Assembly (NCBI GenBank): GCA_041651355.1
Contig: JBAZJK010000001.1
Location: forward strand, 421,883 to 485,882
Source of the DNA: Patescibacteria group bacterium
Lineage (GTDB): Bacteria; Patescibacteriota; Patescibacteriia; Patescibacteriales; UBA12465
Length of the DNA: 64,000 nucleotides
Reading direction: 5' to 3'
In this document: positions 63,906 through 64,000 of the stretch, one piece after another
Layout: every line of letters begins with the position of its first letter
Position numbering within the stretch: position 1 is the first letter of the stretch
Notes under the pieces: generated by a model
The model's database searches: none
What the model saw: the letters and a program-made list of their open reading frames with translations, nothing else
What the model was told of the DNA's origin: nothing
Translations under genes and position numbers: made by a program

Positions 63906-64000
63906 TTAAGAAACTGAGGGCATAAGTTGCGGAACGACCACGCGACGACGACCGTCGGCATCCCAGACGTTGTCATCCTCAAGCCGGCGGACGACGACGC
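63906..64000 (-). CDS. DGR target protein, C-terminal 31 codons only (gene continues beyond window end)
   Basis: The frame is open to the window edge and ends at TAA (63908..63906). It reads ...VVVRRLEDDNVWDADGRRRVVVPQLMPSVS. It is not in the ORF track because it is an edge ORF. Confidence 0.75.
   Translation of the reverse strand, partial: VVVRRLEDDNVWDADGRRRVVVPQLMPSVS
63921..64000 (-). repeat. DGR variable repeat (VR), partial
   Basis: Counterpart of TR 63462..63541. Codon changes are AAC to GTC and CGC, AAT to GAT (twice), CAT to CGT, and TAT to GGT. Confidence 0.85.

Larger units (their letters stand above)
62045..64000 (-). mobile_element. Diversity-generating retroelement (DGR) cassette: RT, inverted Avd-like gene, TR, and VR at the target gene's 3' end; truncated by the window end
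   Basis: The RT has DGR-type motifs, an Avd-like four-helix gene is present, and the TR/VR pair has mismatches concentrated at TR adenines. See the component features. Confidence 0.85.

Noticed and set aside
63800-63982. Tracked 60-aa minus-strand ORF starting with TTG
   Set aside because: It is in the wrong frame relative to the TR AAC-codon frame. It spans the target stop, the hairpin and the promoter. The real coding frame is the edge ORF ending at 63906.
1-64000. CRISPR arrays, rRNA or tRNA genes
   Set aside because: I scanned all intergenic regions above about 60 nt. I saw no regularly spaced direct repeats, no cloverleaf-compatible sequences and no rRNA-like conserved blocks. Visual scanning could miss a divergent tRNA.
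1-64000. Alternative genetic code (UGA recoding as in some CPR lineages)
   Set aside because: Long housekeeping ORFs are intact under code 11, and TGA terminates genes at sensible positions, for example ruvX at 42748..42750 and the small ORF at 22231..22233.

Overview
This 64-kb window looks like a small-genome bacterium of the Candidate Phyla Radiation (Patescibacteria). That placement is an inference from four things: no L30 gene, ribosomal proteins with tails, a DUF5671/pilin-like membrane protein, and giant orphan proteins. It uses the standard genetic code, with TGA as a stop (e.g. ruvX, 22231..22233). All product calls come from reading the translations and recalling family motifs; no database search was possible. 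I found no rRNA, tRNA or CRISPR array.

Gene content:
- **Minus-strand housekeeping genes:** the str operon (rpsL-rpsG-fusA-[orphan ORF]-tuf), then the S10/spc ribosomal superoperon (rpsJ to secY). These are followed by map, ruvX, recO, scpAB, a D-Ala-D-Ala carboxypeptidase, dnaG-rpoD, dnaX, serS, alr, ftsQ and a Xer-family recombinase.
- **Plus-strand housekeeping genes:** gltX and an M23 peptidase.
- **Surface-glycan cluster (7.2-19.2 kb):** an O-antigen-ligase-like protein, two GT4 glycosyltransferases, a Wzz-like protein and a TagA-NUDIX fusion. It is interrupted by a compositionally atypical island of secreted proteins and lipoproteins (12.3-15.6 kb).
- **Other notable genes:** a partial membrane pyrophosphatase running off the left edge (absent from the ORF track), a 1277-aa coiled-coil membrane protein, a VirD4/TraG-like ATPase, and an untracked 57-aa ferredoxin.

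The most interesting locus is a diversity-generating retroelement (DGR) at the right edge (62.0-64.0 kb).
- **Components:** a DGR-type reverse transcriptase (RT), an Avd-like four-helix-bundle gene, a template repeat (TR), and a variable repeat (VR) at the 3' end of a target gene that runs off the window.
- **Substitution pattern:** the TR/VR differences are adenine-specific.
- **Layout:** the avd gene is inverted and sits between TR and RT, and two consensus promoters face each other across the cassette. This differs from the canonical arrangement.
- **Location:** the cassette lies directly upstream of the str operon.
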